Below, piece after piece: positions 30,655 through 41,511 of a stretch of DNA of 57,160 bases; within the stretch, counting starts at the first letter, position 1, and each line of letters starts with the position of its first letter. The notes beneath the pieces were generated by a model. It did no database searches. It was given only the letters and a program-made list of their open reading frames with translations, and had not been told where the DNA came from. Origin of the DNA: a virus (Duplodnaviria; Caudoviricetes); IMG/VR virus record IMGVR_UViG_3300022843_000014, positions 1 through 57,160 of that record; one strand, given 5' to 3'. The position numbers and the translations under genes were made by a program.

Positions 30655-31923
30655 ATGTATTGGCTCATAGAGGGAGAAGAACAGTTAAAAGTTTTATTAA
30701 ACAGTGGTTTTAAAGAAGCATTTGTGGAAGTAATACCCTACAACAATACAACCCATCCTATCTTAAACAAAGTTAGTCTTGTGTATATTAGACCACTTAC
30801 CGCGCATAAAGGATTTATGGTATGCGTTTCACACCATGAAAGTTTAAATGCTTTAGATACGGACTTATACACGTTATTAAACGAATTTAATATATTGTAT
30901 TGCCGAGACAAGAAAGAAATGTTACATTATTATTCTCTTAAAAACCTTTATGATATAACCCCACCCCCTTATACGTATATACCACCAACCACAAGAGCCC
31001 ACGATATATTTTATGACAGACACAAGGATGAAATTTGCATAAACACACTTATCCCTATTGTTAAACATTATGAATTGTGCGAACAAATTTTTGAAGATCT
31101 AAAAACAAATATTAACAGACCTAAAACAAAATATGATGAATTTTTTAACACTAAAGTATCCTTGGTATTTAACTACATCGAACGGAATGGAATACGAGTA
31201 TGTAAACCAACCTTCGAAGAGCATTTCCACAAAATTGATAATCCACGAGTATACACACAATATAACCTTAGAACAACAACAACACGACCCTCAAATAAAT
31301 TCCAAAACGTAAATTATGCTTCACTTTCCCACAAAAACGGATGTAGAAAAAGTTTTATCCCAAGCAATAACCTATTTATTGATATTGATATTAGTGCCTA
31401 CCATCCTAGCCTGTCTTGTAGGCTCATTGATTATAATTTCCCCTCTATGGATATTCACGCTCATTTACAAGAATTATATAAGGTGGATTACGCTAAATCC
31501 AAGGAATTAACCTTCAAACAATTATATGGAGGAGTATTTAAGGAATACAAAGATCTGGAATTTTTTAAACGTATTAGTATATACGTAAAAGAACTCTGGA
31601 GTGAATTTGAAGGTAAAGGGGAGATAATGTGTCCTATTTCTAATTTTGTATATAAAAAGGAAACGTTGGTAGACATGAATCCACAAAAATTATTTAACTA
31701 TTTATTGCAGAATTTAGAGACATCGATGAATGTATTAATATTGTGGGATATGATAGGGGTATTGAGGGGTAAAAAAACAAAGTTAGTACTTTATACTTTT
31801 GATAGTTTTTTGTTTGATTGGGATGAAAGTGAAATTGAGTTAATTGAGGGTATAAAGAATATATTTAGTAAATACAAATTTAATATAAAAATAAAACAAG
31901 GTTATGATTACGATTTTAAATAA
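30655..31923 (+). CDS. Short, divergent family A DNA polymerase-like protein
   Basis: TTTTRPSN (TGRLSS-like), motif A DIDISAYHP, motif B KELTFKQLYG, motif C LYTFDSF. Confidence 0.75.
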   Translation: MYWLIEGEEQLKVLLNSGFKEAFVEVIPYNNTTHPILNKVSLVYIRPLTAHKGFMVCVSHHESLNALDTDLYTLLNEFNILYCRDKKEMLHYYSLKNLYDITPPPYTYIPPTTRAHDIFYDRHKDEICINTLIPIVKHYELCEQIFEDLKTNINRPKTKYDEFFNTKVSLVFNYIERNGIRVCKPTFEEHFHKIDNPRVYTQYNLRTTTTRPSNKFQNVNYASLSHKNGCRKSFIPSNNLFIDIDISAYHPSLSCRLIDYNFPSMDIHAHLQELYKVDYAKSKELTFKQLYGGVFKEYKDLEFFKRISIYVKELWSEFEGKGEIMCPISNFVYKKETLVDMNPQKLFNYLLQNLETSMNVLILWDMIGVLRGKKTKLVLYTFDSFLFDWDESEIELIEGIKNIFSKYKFNIKIKQGYDYDFK

Positions 31924-32368
31924 ACACCCCAATATGTATAATTCAGGGTACGATGTTATCCAGGAATTAATTAATACGGGAGATTTGAACAAATTATTTT
32001 GCACTTTTACAGACTTAGAGGGTCTTGATAGACTTATTGAAGATATACAATCTAAATATACAATTATATATAATAAAATATTTGTTTTAGAGATTGTAGG
32101 TAAAGACGAGTACGTTGTAACCTATAATGTAGATCCGGGTAATGTTAATTCTATCCCAGATAATACCATTCTGGTACATCGGAAGAAGGAGTCTAATACT
32201 CTCTATTCAATAAATTCACTTAATGAGTTAATTAAGAAGTTGAATGGTGGTGTTGTAGATACAAAATTCCAAATAGATTGGCAACAACACCGAAATAGTA
32301 TTTTATTAACCCAGAATGGGGAGTTTGCCCAGTTGAAAACTAAAATCTATAAAATAATTACACTATAA
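31904..32368 (+). CDS. Conserved hypothetical protein
   Basis: NKLFCTFT and HRKKESNTLY; true start may be 31934 or later. Confidence 0.6.
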   Translation: MITILNKHPNMYNSGYDVIQELINTGDLNKLFCTFTDLEGLDRLIEDIQSKYTIIYNKIFVLEIVGKDEYVVTYNVDPGNVNSIPDNTILVHRKKESNTLYSINSLNELIKKLNGGVVDTKFQIDWQQHRNSILLTQNGEFAQLKTKIYKIITL

Positions 32369-32453
32369 TAAACAATAATATATTTGGAGGTAGGCTACCC
32401 GAGGTAGGGTTCGTATCTTCACATTTTAATAAAAACAAAACAATATAAACATA

Positions 32454-33014
32454 ATGAAAGAATTAACAGCATTTAGAAAGTACTTGGTAGAAGGAAAAAC
32501 ATCACAACCCAATGATGATTTAAAAACTCCAATTAAAGAATCCAAAGAGGAGGAGCAAGCATCAGTATATTGGGGTATTATGGTTAAAAACCAACCTGAG
32601 GATGTAATACGAATGTTAACTGATTTGGTAACGGGTAAGAATACATTTGATGAATTTATAGATAATTTTGAAGTGGATATGTTTGATTCATTTAAAGATG
32701 AAAATTTTGAAGATGAAGATGAATTAAATGAAGATTCAGAAGAGGGTGAATATCAAGCTTCATTAGATAGACTTAGAACATTTGATAGAAATGAATTTAT
32801 TGATGATGCAGACCTAACAGAAGGTAAAGATTGGGCAGATTATGATTGGGATTTTTCAGATTCAGATTCAATTGATTTTGGGAAATTTGAGGTTGATATT
32901 GAGGAATTTAGAAAGAATACTAAGGGGTTTGTTGTTGATAATAATGGTAAAGAAAGGAAAATTGACAAAGCAACTATTAAGGATATACTTCAATCCTATA
33001 GAGAAAATAACTAA
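32454..33014 (+). CDS. Acidic modular protein with capsid-targeting-like leader
   Basis: FRKYLVE leader, internal IKE/LNE/LTE sites; last module duplicated at 42965-43171. Confidence 0.6.
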   Translation: MKELTAFRKYLVEGKTSQPNDDLKTPIKESKEEEQASVYWGIMVKNQPEDVIRMLTDLVTGKNTFDEFIDNFEVDMFDSFKDENFEDEDELNEDSEEGEYQASLDRLRTFDRNEFIDDADLTEGKDWADYDWDFSDSDSIDFGKFEVDIEEFRKNTKGFVVDNNGKERKIDKATIKDILQSYRENN

Positions 33015-33015
33015 A
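32809..33015 (+). repeat. ~207-bp dispersed repeat, copy 1
   Basis: Near identical to 42965..43171 (5 mismatches by eye). Confidence 0.95.
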
Positions 33016-33105
33016 ATCTGACAAAACATATTAAAATAAATTAGGAACCCCGGAAGGGGTTTCATATATTTAAGTCAACATAAACAATTAAATTAAAGTT
33101 ACATT

Positions 33106-33951
33106 ATGGATTTAAATGCATTAAAGAAAAAATTGGACACACTCCAATCAAAACCCCAAGTAAGGGAAGCAACTGACTATTCACTAATATTTTGGAAACC
33201 CTCAATAGGTAAACAACAAATTAGGATAACACCATCGGCTTTCGATAATTCAAACCCCTTCACGGAACTAAAATTCCATTACGGTATTACTAACAAAGTA
33301 ATGATTTCTCCTTCTAATTTTGGTGAAAAAGATCCAATAATTATGTTTGCGGAAAAGCTTAGGGAGGAATACACAAAGGAAAATTACTTATTAGCTAAAA
33401 AGTTAGATGCTAAAAACCGTATTTTTGTTCCCGTTGTAGTTAGAGGTGAAGAAGATAAAGGTGTTAGACTATGGCAATTTGGTAAACAAGTATATGAAGA
33501 ATTGTTAGCTTTAGCTGTGGATGATGAAATAGGTGATTACACTGATATTGTAAATGGTAGAGACCTTACTATAGAGACAGTAGGGCCAGAGGCTACGGGA
33601 ACACCTTACAATAAATCGTCTGTTCGTGTTAGATTAAAAACCTCACCATTAAGTGATGATGCTACAAAAGTTGAATTATGGACATCAGAACAACCTAACC
33701 CTAAAGAAGGATTGTTTAAAGAATATTCATTTGATGAAATGAAAGCAGCATTAGAACAATGGTTATCACCCGAAGCAGAACCAGAAGATGACAAATCATT
33801 CCCAGATACTCCTGCCCCTAAAAAGCAAGCTAGTAATTTTAATTTAGATACTAGTAATGTTAAACAAAATAAAGCGGATCAATTTGATGCCTTATTCCCT
33901 GAATTTGAAACTTCATCACCTTCTGCTAAGGTTAATGATCTTCCTTTCTAA
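33106..33951 (+). CDS. Single-stranded DNA-binding protein (gp32-like)
   Basis: FWKP, LWQFGKQVY, GRDL motifs and acidic tail ending DLPF; upstream of recombinase. Confidence 0.8.
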   Translation: MDLNALKKKLDTLQSKPQVREATDYSLIFWKPSIGKQQIRITPSAFDNSNPFTELKFHYGITNKVMISPSNFGEKDPIIMFAEKLREEYTKENYLLAKKLDAKNRIFVPVVVRGEEDKGVRLWQFGKQVYEELLALAVDDEIGDYTDIVNGRDLTIETVGPEATGTPYNKSSVRVRLKTSPLSDDATKVELWTSEQPNPKEGLFKEYSFDEMKAALEQWLSPEAEPEDDKSFPDTPAPKKQASNFNLDTSNVKQNKADQFDALFPEFETSSPSAKVNDLPF

Positions 33952-33953
33952 AT

Positions 33954-35027
33954 ATGGCAAAAAGGATACCAAAATCTCTCTCGGCAGCTGTGTCTGCCGA
34001 GATTAAGAGTAAATTTGATCTTAATAAATTCAAAGCCTCTAAAGGTTTAGATAAAAATGTTAAATTTAAGGAACAAAGATGGATTCCTCTATCACCCGCA
34101 TTTCAAGAAGTAGCGGGGGTACCTGGAATCCCAATGGGGCATATTACTTTGCTCCGAGGTCATTCAGATACTGGTAAAACAACTGCACTTCTAGAGGCGG
34201 CGGTTGAAGCTCAAAAGATGGGTATATTACCTGTTTTTATAATTACTGAGATGAAATGGAATTGGGAGCATGCTTCTCAAATGGGGTTACAAGTTAACCT
34301 TATTAAAGATGAAGATGGTGAAGTTGTAGACTATGATGGTGATTTTGTGTATGTAGATAGAGAAACCTTACATACCATAGAAGATGTTGCTGCTTTTATT
34401 ATGGACCTTCAAAACGAACAGAAAAAAGGCAATTTACCTTATGATTTAGCTTTCTTTTGGGATTCCATAGGTTCAATACCTTGCCTAATGTCAGTTGAGA
34501 AACTAAAAAACAACAACGAATGGAATGCTGGAGCTATGTCAACCCAATTTGGTAACACTGTTAATCAAAGTATTGTAATGTCTCGTAAAGAATCATCACC
34601 TTACACTAACACCCTAGTTGCCATTAACAAAGTTTGGACTGCTAAAGCAGAATCACCTATGGGACAACCTAAGATGATGAACAAAGGAGGAATGGCTATG
34701 TGGTACGATGCAACATTTGTAGTTACTTTTGGTAATGTCTCAAATTCTGGAACATCTAAGATAAAAGCTATTAAGGGTGGAAAGCAGGTAGAATGGGGTA
34801 AACGTACTAACTTACAAATTGATAAAAACCACGTAAATGGTATACAATCAAGAGGTAAAATTGTTATGACTACTCACGGTTTTATTGAGGATTCTGAAAA
34901 GGATAAAAACCAATACAAGAAAGAACACTCTGAAGAATGGGCTAAAATCCTAGGTGGAGGTAAGTTTGAAATTGTAGAAGATGATGATGATGTAACCCCT
35001 GTCTTATTTGATCAAGAAGACATTTAA
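33954..35027 (+). CDS. RecA/UvsX-like recombinase
   Basis: GIPMG..., Walker A GHSDTGKT, Walker B FFWDSIG, KGG motif. Confidence 0.88.
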   Translation: MAKRIPKSLSAAVSAEIKSKFDLNKFKASKGLDKNVKFKEQRWIPLSPAFQEVAGVPGIPMGHITLLRGHSDTGKTTALLEAAVEAQKMGILPVFIITEMKWNWEHASQMGLQVNLIKDEDGEVVDYDGDFVYVDRETLHTIEDVAAFIMDLQNEQKKGNLPYDLAFFWDSIGSIPCLMSVEKLKNNNEWNAGAMSTQFGNTVNQSIVMSRKESSPYTNTLVAINKVWTAKAESPMGQPKMMNKGGMAMWYDATFVVTFGNVSNSGTSKIKAIKGGKQVEWGKRTNLQIDKNHVNGIQSRGKIVMTTHGFIEDSEKDKNQYKKEHSEEWAKILGGGKFEIVEDDDDVTPVLFDQEDI

Positions 35028-35037
35028 AAACAACAAA

Positions 35038-36078
35038 ATGAATAATAAAGAAATATTTAAACTCCTGGGTGACATTCAGGAAGATCAGGAAATCCTAACC
35101 CCTAACAGACATGAAAGGGTACTAATTTTGGATGGCTTAAACCTGTTCTTCCGAAATTTTGCTATGATGAATATGATAAATCCCGATGGTGTTCATATAG
35201 GGGGTTTAGGTGGTTTCTTTCGTTCTTTGGGGGCTATGATTAAGCAAACAAACCCCACTTCTGTTTATGTAGTATTCGATGGGGTAGGTTCAACTGTTAA
35301 TAGAAAGAATCTACTCTCCGAATACAAGGGAACAAGAAACATACAAAGAATTACTAATTGGGAGATTTTTGACAATATTGAAGAAGAGCATGATTCCAAA
35401 ATAGACCAAATTGTGCGCATAATACAGTATTTAAAATTATTACCCATAAAAACAACCATACTTGATAAGGTTGAAGCTGATGATGTAATAGCTGTGTTAG
35501 CTGAAAAATTAGTTGAGAAATATAATTCTACATGCTTTATAGTATCTAGTGATAAAGATTTTCTACAACTAGTAACAAATAAAATCATTGTATACAGCCC
35601 AATAGAAAAAGTATATTATACTCCCGAAGCTGTAGAAAAGAAATTTGGATTACTACCCTCTAATTTTATTTTATATAAAACCTTACTAGGAGATAGTTCG
35701 GATAATGTAAGAGGTATTAAGGGTTTGGGTGCTAAAGGAATATTTAAAAAATTCCCGGAGTTGATAACTCAAAAATTAACCCTAGACGATATTTTTGATA
35801 TATGTGCTACTAAATTTAAAGAACATATTATATATTCTCGCATAATCCAAGAAAAATCACGAATAGAAATTAATTATAAAGTTATGGACTTAAGTATTCC
35901 TTTAATTGATGATAAAGGTAAAAAACATGTTAGTGACTTAATAGATGATGACTTGCCTGATCTAAATTCTGAAATGTTTATTTCACTATACAATGAAGAT
36001 AGATTAGGAGGAATGATTAGAAATGTAGATATGTGGTTAAAAGATATATTTTCAAAGTTTCCAATCTATAAAAAATAG
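35038..36078 (+). CDS. 5'-3' exonuclease/flap endonuclease (T4 RNase H-like)
   Basis: LILDGLN, VVFDG, YKGTR, EADDVI, SSDKDFLQL, GDSSDNVRGIKGLG motifs. Confidence 0.92.
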   Translation: MNNKEIFKLLGDIQEDQEILTPNRHERVLILDGLNLFFRNFAMMNMINPDGVHIGGLGGFFRSLGAMIKQTNPTSVYVVFDGVGSTVNRKNLLSEYKGTRNIQRITNWEIFDNIEEEHDSKIDQIVRIIQYLKLLPIKTTILDKVEADDVIAVLAEKLVEKYNSTCFIVSSDKDFLQLVTNKIIVYSPIEKVYYTPEAVEKKFGLLPSNFILYKTLLGDSSDNVRGIKGLGAKGIFKKFPELITQKLTLDDIFDICATKFKEHIIYSRIIQEKSRIEINYKVMDLSIPLIDDKGKKHVSDLIDDDLPDLNSEMFISLYNEDRLGGMIRNVDMWLKDIFSKFPIYKK

Positions 36079-36150
36079 TGGCTTGGAGTCATAAAGAGCA
36101 AGTCGTATATTCGACACAAATGGGTTATAAACTTTTAAATAGAAATTAAA

Positions 36151-37539
36151 TTGACTTTACATACGCTAAACCAATATGGAACTGACTTTCAAATAAAGGC
36201 AATTTCATCACTCTTAACACATAAAGAATTTTTAATCAACATACATGACATAATTAGTCCTGATTACTTTGAAAATAGTGCCCACAAATGGATAATAAAA
36301 GAAATACTAAAATATTACGAACGTTACCACACTACACCTAATCTTGAGACTCTAAAGATTGAATTAAAAAAAGTAGATAACGAAGTATTACAAATTTCCT
36401 TAAAAGAACAACTTAAACAAGCATATGTAGCTTCTGATGATGATTTAGTATATATTCAGGAAGAGTTTACTAATTTTTGTAAAAATCAACAATTAAAAAG
36501 AGCTTTAATGACATCAGTTGACCTATTGAAGGCAGGTGACTTCGAGGCAATAAGAATGTTGGTAGATAATGCCCTTAAAGCTGGACAGGATAAAAACTTA
36601 GGGCACGAGTATCTTAAGGATCTTGAGGATCGTTATAGAGTAGATACTAGAAAAGTAATAGCTACTCCTTGGCCTTTAATTAATAATCTTTTACAAGGAG
36701 GGTTAGGGAATGGTGATTTTGGTCTTATATTTGGTAACCCAGGTGGGGGAAAATCATGGTCGTTGGTGGCAATAGGAGGACATGCTGTAAGATGTGGTTA
36801 TACTGTCTTACATTATACTCTTGAACTTGGAGAAGATTACGTTGGTAAAAGATACGATGCTTATTTTACGGGAATAGATGTTAGTGATAGCGTAAGATTA
36901 AAACCAAAAGCTCAGGAAATAATACCACAACTCCCAGGTCAACTTATAATTAAAGAATACCCTACAGGGAGAGCAACTGTATCAACTATTGAATCCCACA
37001 TTAAAAAATGTGAGGGTATGGGTATAAAAGCAGATCTAATTATTATAGACTATGTTGACCTTCTTTCATCAAAAAGACAAAATCGTGAACGTAAAGATGA
37101 AATTGATGATATTTATATTAGTACTAAGGGTTTAGCTAAGCAACTTAATATCCCAGTATGGTCAGTATCACAGGTTAATCGTGCGGGTGCAAATGATGAT
37201 ATTATTGAAGGAGATAAGGCAGCAGGTTCTTATGATAAACTAATGATTACTGATTTTTGTATGTCTTTATCTCGCAAAAAAGAAGATAAAGTAAATGGTA
37301 CTGGAAGGTTTCACGTTATGAAAAACCGCTATGGTCCTGATGGTTTAACTTATGGGGTAGATGCAGACACCAGTACAGGACATTTTGAGGTATCTGAAAA
37401 GTATTCGTCAACAGGTGAAAACGAAGATAAGACATGGTCACCTAGTACTAAGTCTAATAGCTTGGATACTACAGATTTTCAAACAAAGAAAAAATTAGCA
37501 GAAAAATATAGTTCTGCTTTTTTTAACATAGATAGTTAA
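36151..37539 (+). CDS. Replicative DnaB-like helicase (gp41-like)
   Basis: Walker A GNPGGGKS, TLEL, IIIDYVDL, SQVNR, KNRYG; TTG start. Confidence 0.92.
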   Translation: MTLHTLNQYGTDFQIKAISSLLTHKEFLINIHDIISPDYFENSAHKWIIKEILKYYERYHTTPNLETLKIELKKVDNEVLQISLKEQLKQAYVASDDDLVYIQEEFTNFCKNQQLKRALMTSVDLLKAGDFEAIRMLVDNALKAGQDKNLGHEYLKDLEDRYRVDTRKVIATPWPLINNLLQGGLGNGDFGLIFGNPGGGKSWSLVAIGGHAVRCGYTVLHYTLELGEDYVGKRYDAYFTGIDVSDSVRLKPKAQEIIPQLPGQLIIKEYPTGRATVSTIESHIKKCEGMGIKADLIIIDYVDLLSSKRQNRERKDEIDDIYISTKGLAKQLNIPVWSVSQVNRAGANDDIIEGDKAAGSYDKLMITDFCMSLSRKKEDKVNGTGRFHVMKNRYGPDGLTYGVDADTSTGHFEVSEKYSSTGENEDKTWSPSTKSNSLDTTDFQTKKKLAEKYSSAFFNIDS

Positions 37540-37573
37540 ATAAATAATTTATAAATTAAAAACCAAAAAAAGA

Positions 37574-38560
37574 ATGAAAGAATTAAACGGATTTATTGAA
37601 CCCCTTTTAGAAGAAAATCCAAACCGATTTGTAATCTTCCCTATTCAACATGATGATATCTGGGATATGTATAAAGATCAACAAGCTAGTATTTGGTCGG
37701 CCGAGGAGATAGACTTAAGTTCAGATATTGATGATTGGGAAAATAAATTGAATGATGATGAACGTTATTTTATAAAGCATATTCTTGCTTTTTTTGCAGC
37801 ATCAGACGGAATTGTAAATGAAAATCTTGCGGAGAATTTCGTGAACGAAGTACAATATTCTGAAGCAAAATTTTTCTATGGTTTCCAAATCATGATGGAA
37901 AACATTCATTCTGAAACCTACTCTTTATTAATAGACACCTACGTTAAGGATAATAAAGAAAAAGACCAGTTGTTTAAAGCAATTGAACACTTTCCGGCTA
38001 TAAAGAAAAAAGCAGACTGGGCCATGAAGTGGATCGATAGCCCTTCTTTTGCAGAGCGCTTAATAGCGTTTGCAGCCGTAGAAGGTATTTTCTTTTCAGG
38101 AAGTTTCTGTTCTATCTTTTGGTTAAAAAATAGAGGATTATTGCCTGGGTTAACTTTTTCCAATGAGTTAATATCCCGAGATGAAGGTTTACATTGTGAT
38201 TTCGCAGTTCACTTACATAATAATCATTTAGTGAATAAAGTTCCTAAAGATCGTATCCGGGAAATAATATTATCAGCTTTAGAAATAGAAAAAGTATTTA
38301 TAATAGAATCTCTACCAGCTAGTTTAATTGGGATGAATTCAGGATTAATGACTCAATACTTAGAATACGTAACTGATAGATTGTTAATGGAATTAGGAGT
38401 AGAAGCGGAATTTAATGTTTCTCAACCTTTTAAATTTATGGAAATGATAGCACTAGAGGGACAAACTAATTTCTTTGAAAAGAGAGTAGCTGAATACCAA
38501 AAAGCAGGTGTTAAAGATGGGGAAGTAAGAGGAAATTTAGACTTTGACGCTGAGTTTTAA
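37574..38560 (+). CDS. nrdB: Ribonucleotide reductase class Ia beta subunit
   Basis: [42 protein letters not shown]. Confidence 0.96.
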   Translation: MKELNGFIEPLLEENPNRFVIFPIQHDDIWDMYKDQQASIWSAEEIDLSSDIDDWENKLNDDERYFIKHILAFFAASDGIVNENLAENFVNEVQYSEAKFFYGFQIMMENIHSETYSLLIDTYVKDNKEKDQLFKAIEHFPAIKKKADWAMKWIDSPSFAERLIAFAAVEGIFFSGSFCSIFWLKNRGLLPGLTFSNELISRDEGLHCDFAVHLHNNHLVNKVPKDRIREIILSALEIEKVFIIESLPASLIGMNSGLMTQYLEYVTDRLLMELGVEAEFNVSQPFKFMEMIALEGQTNFFEKRVAEYQKAGVKDGEVRGNLDFDAEF

Positions 38561-38576
38561 AAATAATAATCAATAT

Positions 38577-40934
38577 ATGCAACAATCTAAGATTAAAAAA
38601 AGAAATGGTAGTTTAGTAAATATAGACTTTAAAAAAATACAAACTAGAATTACTTTAGCAGGAAAGGGACTAAAAGTAGATCCTTTAGAAATATCAATGA
38701 AAGTAATCCAGGGAGTATACGATGGAGTAACAACAACAATATTAGATCAACTAGCGGCTGACACCGCTGCTAGTTATGTTTTAGATCACCCAGATTACAG
38801 TAAATTAGCGGGGGAAATTGCTATTTCATCATTACATAAAGAAACAACAGGTAGTTTTACTAAAGTGTTTGAGAAAATGGATAGTGAAAACCTATTAGAT
38901 CCCTTATATAAAGAAAAATGCTTAAGTTATGGTCTAGATAAAATTTCTAAGATAATTGATTATCAAAAAGATTTTAAATTAGAATATTTTGGTTTTAAAA
39001 CTTTAGAAAGATCATATCTTGTTAGAATTAAAAAAGTTATTCTAGAACGCCCACAAGACATGTATATGCGAGAAGCAATTACAGTTACAAGGTCATTTAA
39101 AGATGCTGTTGAAACCTATGATATCTTATCTAATTGGGGGTACACTCATGCTACTCCTACAATGTTTAATTCGGGTTTAAAAAATCAACAACTAGCTTCT
39201 TGTTTTTTAATCAATAACAAAGGGGATAGTAAAGATGGTTTACTAGATACTCTAAAAGACGTATCTATTATATCATCTGGTGCAGGTGGTTTAGGAATTT
39301 CTATATCAGGTGTAAGAGCTGCGGGTTCTGATATTCATTCTTCGGGAGGTCACAGTAATGGTTTAATGCCTATGTTAAGAACATATAACGAATCCGCTAG
39401 GTGGTGGGATCAAGGGGGAGGAAAGCGTAAAGGTTCTTTTGCAATGTATCTAGAACCTTGGCACTCTGATATTATGACTTTACTTGATATTAGAAAAAAC
39501 CACGGAGCAGAAGACTTAAGAGCAAGAGACTTATTCCCAGCTTTATGGATTCCAGATTTATTTATGGAAAGAGTAAATAATAATGGTACTTGGTGTTTAA
39601 CTTGCCCTAATGAACAATTAATTAATGGTTTTACTCGACTTGATGAAATACATAGTGAAGAATTTAATATTGAATACCATAAAATTGAGCAAGCCGTAAC
39701 AAATGGTTTAATGCACGGAAAAATTATCAAGGCACAAGACATTTGGACTAAGATAATTGAATCCCAAATTGAAACAGGAACCCCTTATATGCTATATAAA
39801 GATGCTGCCAATAATAAATCAAATCAGAAAAATTTAGGTACTATCAAATCTTCTAATTTATGCACCGAAATAATAGAATACTCAGCCCCCGATGAACAGG
39901 CGGTATGTAATTTAGCTTCTATTAATTTAACAGTACTTATTAAGGATGGTGAAGTAGATTACGATCAACTGTATAAAGTAACTAAATTAGTAACTAAAAA
40001 CTTAAATACGGTTATCGATGTTTCTACATACCCCACTAAAGAAACTGAATATAGTAACTTAAAAAATAGACCAATTGGTTTAGGAGTACAGGGTTTAGCA
40101 GATTTATTTGCTCAATTGAAACTTCCGTTTACTTCTATCCCCGCTAAGGAAATAAATAGTAATATCTTTGAAGTAATGTATAAAGCAGCACTTGACGCAT
40201 CTGTAGAGGAGGCAATTAAATTTGGTAGCTATAATTCATTCCCTGGTTCTCCTGCTAGTGAAGGAATACTACAATTCGATATGTGGGAAGTTAAACCTAA
40301 ATTTTTTAGTGAAGCTAAATGGAATATTACAAGAGAAAGAATTAAAAAACACGGTCTACGTAACTCACTGTTTTTAGCTCCTATGCCTACAGCATCAACG
40401 GCTCAAATTATGGGTAATAATGAAGCCTTTGAACCCTTTAAAAATAACATGTTCGTTAGAAGGGTGCTATCAGGGGAATTTAATGTGGTAAATAAATATC
40501 TAGTTGCTGACTTGGAAAAAGAAGGGTTATGGGGTACTGAGATTAAAAATAAGATAATTAGTGATGATGGTTCTATCCAAAACATACCTGAAATACCTGT
40601 TTTTATAAAGGAATTATATCCTACCATATGGGAAGTTAGTATGAAGGATATTATAGATATGGCAGCGGATAGAGGTGCTTTTATAGATCAATCTCAAAGC
40701 ATGAATCTATGGTTAAAAAACCCTACATTTAATAAGATATCAAGTATGCATTTTTATGGGTGGAGAAAAGGGTTAAAAACAGGTATGTACTATCTAAGGA
40801 CAAAATCCGCAGTAGGGGCAATTAAAACTTTAGGTATATCAGCACCCCCTACACCAATAACAACCGAAGATTTTCGTAAAATGGTAGAATTATCTAAATC
40901 ATCACCTGAAGATTGTGAAATGTGTGGGTCTTAA
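38577..40934 (+). CDS. nrdA: Ribonucleotide reductase class Ia alpha subunit
   Basis: N-terminal ATP cone, ATPTMFN, SCF, SNLCTEI, CNLASI, APMPTAST, C-terminal CEMCGS. Confidence 0.96.
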   Translation: MQQSKIKKRNGSLVNIDFKKIQTRITLAGKGLKVDPLEISMKVIQGVYDGVTTTILDQLAADTAASYVLDHPDYSKLAGEIAISSLHKETTGSFTKVFEKMDSENLLDPLYKEKCLSYGLDKISKIIDYQKDFKLEYFGFKTLERSYLVRIKKVILERPQDMYMREAITVTRSFKDAVETYDILSNWGYTHATPTMFNSGLKNQQLASCFLINNKGDSKDGLLDTLKDVSIISSGAGGLGISISGVRAAGSDIHSSGGHSNGLMPMLRTYNESARWWDQGGGKRKGSFAMYLEPWHSDIMTLLDIRKNHGAEDLRARDLFPALWIPDLFMERVNNNGTWCLTCPNEQLINGFTRLDEIHSEEFNIEYHKIEQAVTNGLMHGKIIKAQDIWTKIIESQIETGTPYMLYKDAANNKSNQKNLGTIKSSNLCTEIIEYSAPDEQAVCNLASINLTVLIKDGEVDYDQLYKVTKLVTKNLNTVIDVSTYPTKETEYSNLKNRPIGLGVQGLADLFAQLKLPFTSIPAKEINSNIFEVMYKAALDASVEEAIKFGSYNSFPGSPASEGILQFDMWEVKPKFFSEAKWNITRERIKKHGLRNSLFLAPMPTASTAQIMGNNEAFEPFKNNMFVRRVLSGEFNVVNKYLVADLEKEGLWGTEIKNKIISDDGSIQNIPEIPVFIKELYPTIWEVSMKDIIDMAADRGAFIDQSQSMNLWLKNPTFNKISSMHFYGWRKGLKTGMYYLRTKSAVGAIKTLGISAPPTPITTEDFRKMVELSKSSPEDCEMCGS

Positions 40935-40956
40935 TTTGTAACATAAAACATAAAGT

Positions 40957-41133
40957 ATGAAGTTTAAAGTAGGTGATAAAGTTAAATTTAAGTTCTTAAG
41001 CATACCTACAATTGGTATTATTGATCATATTCGCCCCTTAGCTTATGGGGCGGATCATAGTTTATGGTATTTTATTAATGATGGGGCTCATAGATATCCT
41101 ATTAGATTAAAGGACATACAAGAAAAAATATAA
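40957..41133 (+). CDS. Small SH3/KOW-like protein (below ORF-track cutoff)
   Basis: MKFKVGDKVKF...RYPIRLKDIQEKI, 58 aa. Confidence 0.6.
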   Translation: MKFKVGDKVKFKFLSIPTIGIIDHIRPLAYGADHSLWYFINDGAHRYPIRLKDIQEKI

Positions 41134-41186
41134 CACCCAAGAATATTTTACACATATATATAATAAACAATTAAAATAAAATAAAT

Positions 41187-41411
41187 ATGATAACAACAGA
41201 ACAAGGGAAAAAACCTAAATTTTTGAAGAGAATTTTTGACTCTATTAAGTCTTGGATAGTAGGTAACGGGATAGAAGGATTTTTAGGATTAATCCTAGGA
41301 TTGGTTCTTCTATCATTTAATATCAAAGTATATGCTGGAGTAGCATTTGGAGTATTTGCAACCCGTAACTGGGATTTATTTAAAAAAGCAGTTAGAGGAC
41401 TATTCAAATAG
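41187..41411 (+). CDS. Small membrane protein
   Basis: Two hydrophobic segments; late-type motif upstream and terminator downstream. Confidence 0.55.
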   Translation: MITTEQGKKPKFLKRIFDSIKSWIVGNGIEGFLGLILGLVLLSFNIKVYAGVAFGVFATRNWDLFKKAVRGLFK

Positions 41412-41438
41412 TAAAAAATAAAACAATCTTTATAACAG

Positions 41439-41465
41439 AAAGGATGCATTAGCATCCTTTTTTTA
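41439..41465 (+). terminator. Intrinsic terminator
   Basis: AAAGGATGC-ATTA-GCATCCTTT followed by a T run. Confidence 0.8.
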
Positions 41466-41511
41466 ATATGTATGATTAAACAAGTTATAGTTATTATTAA
41501 TAGTTACCAAT

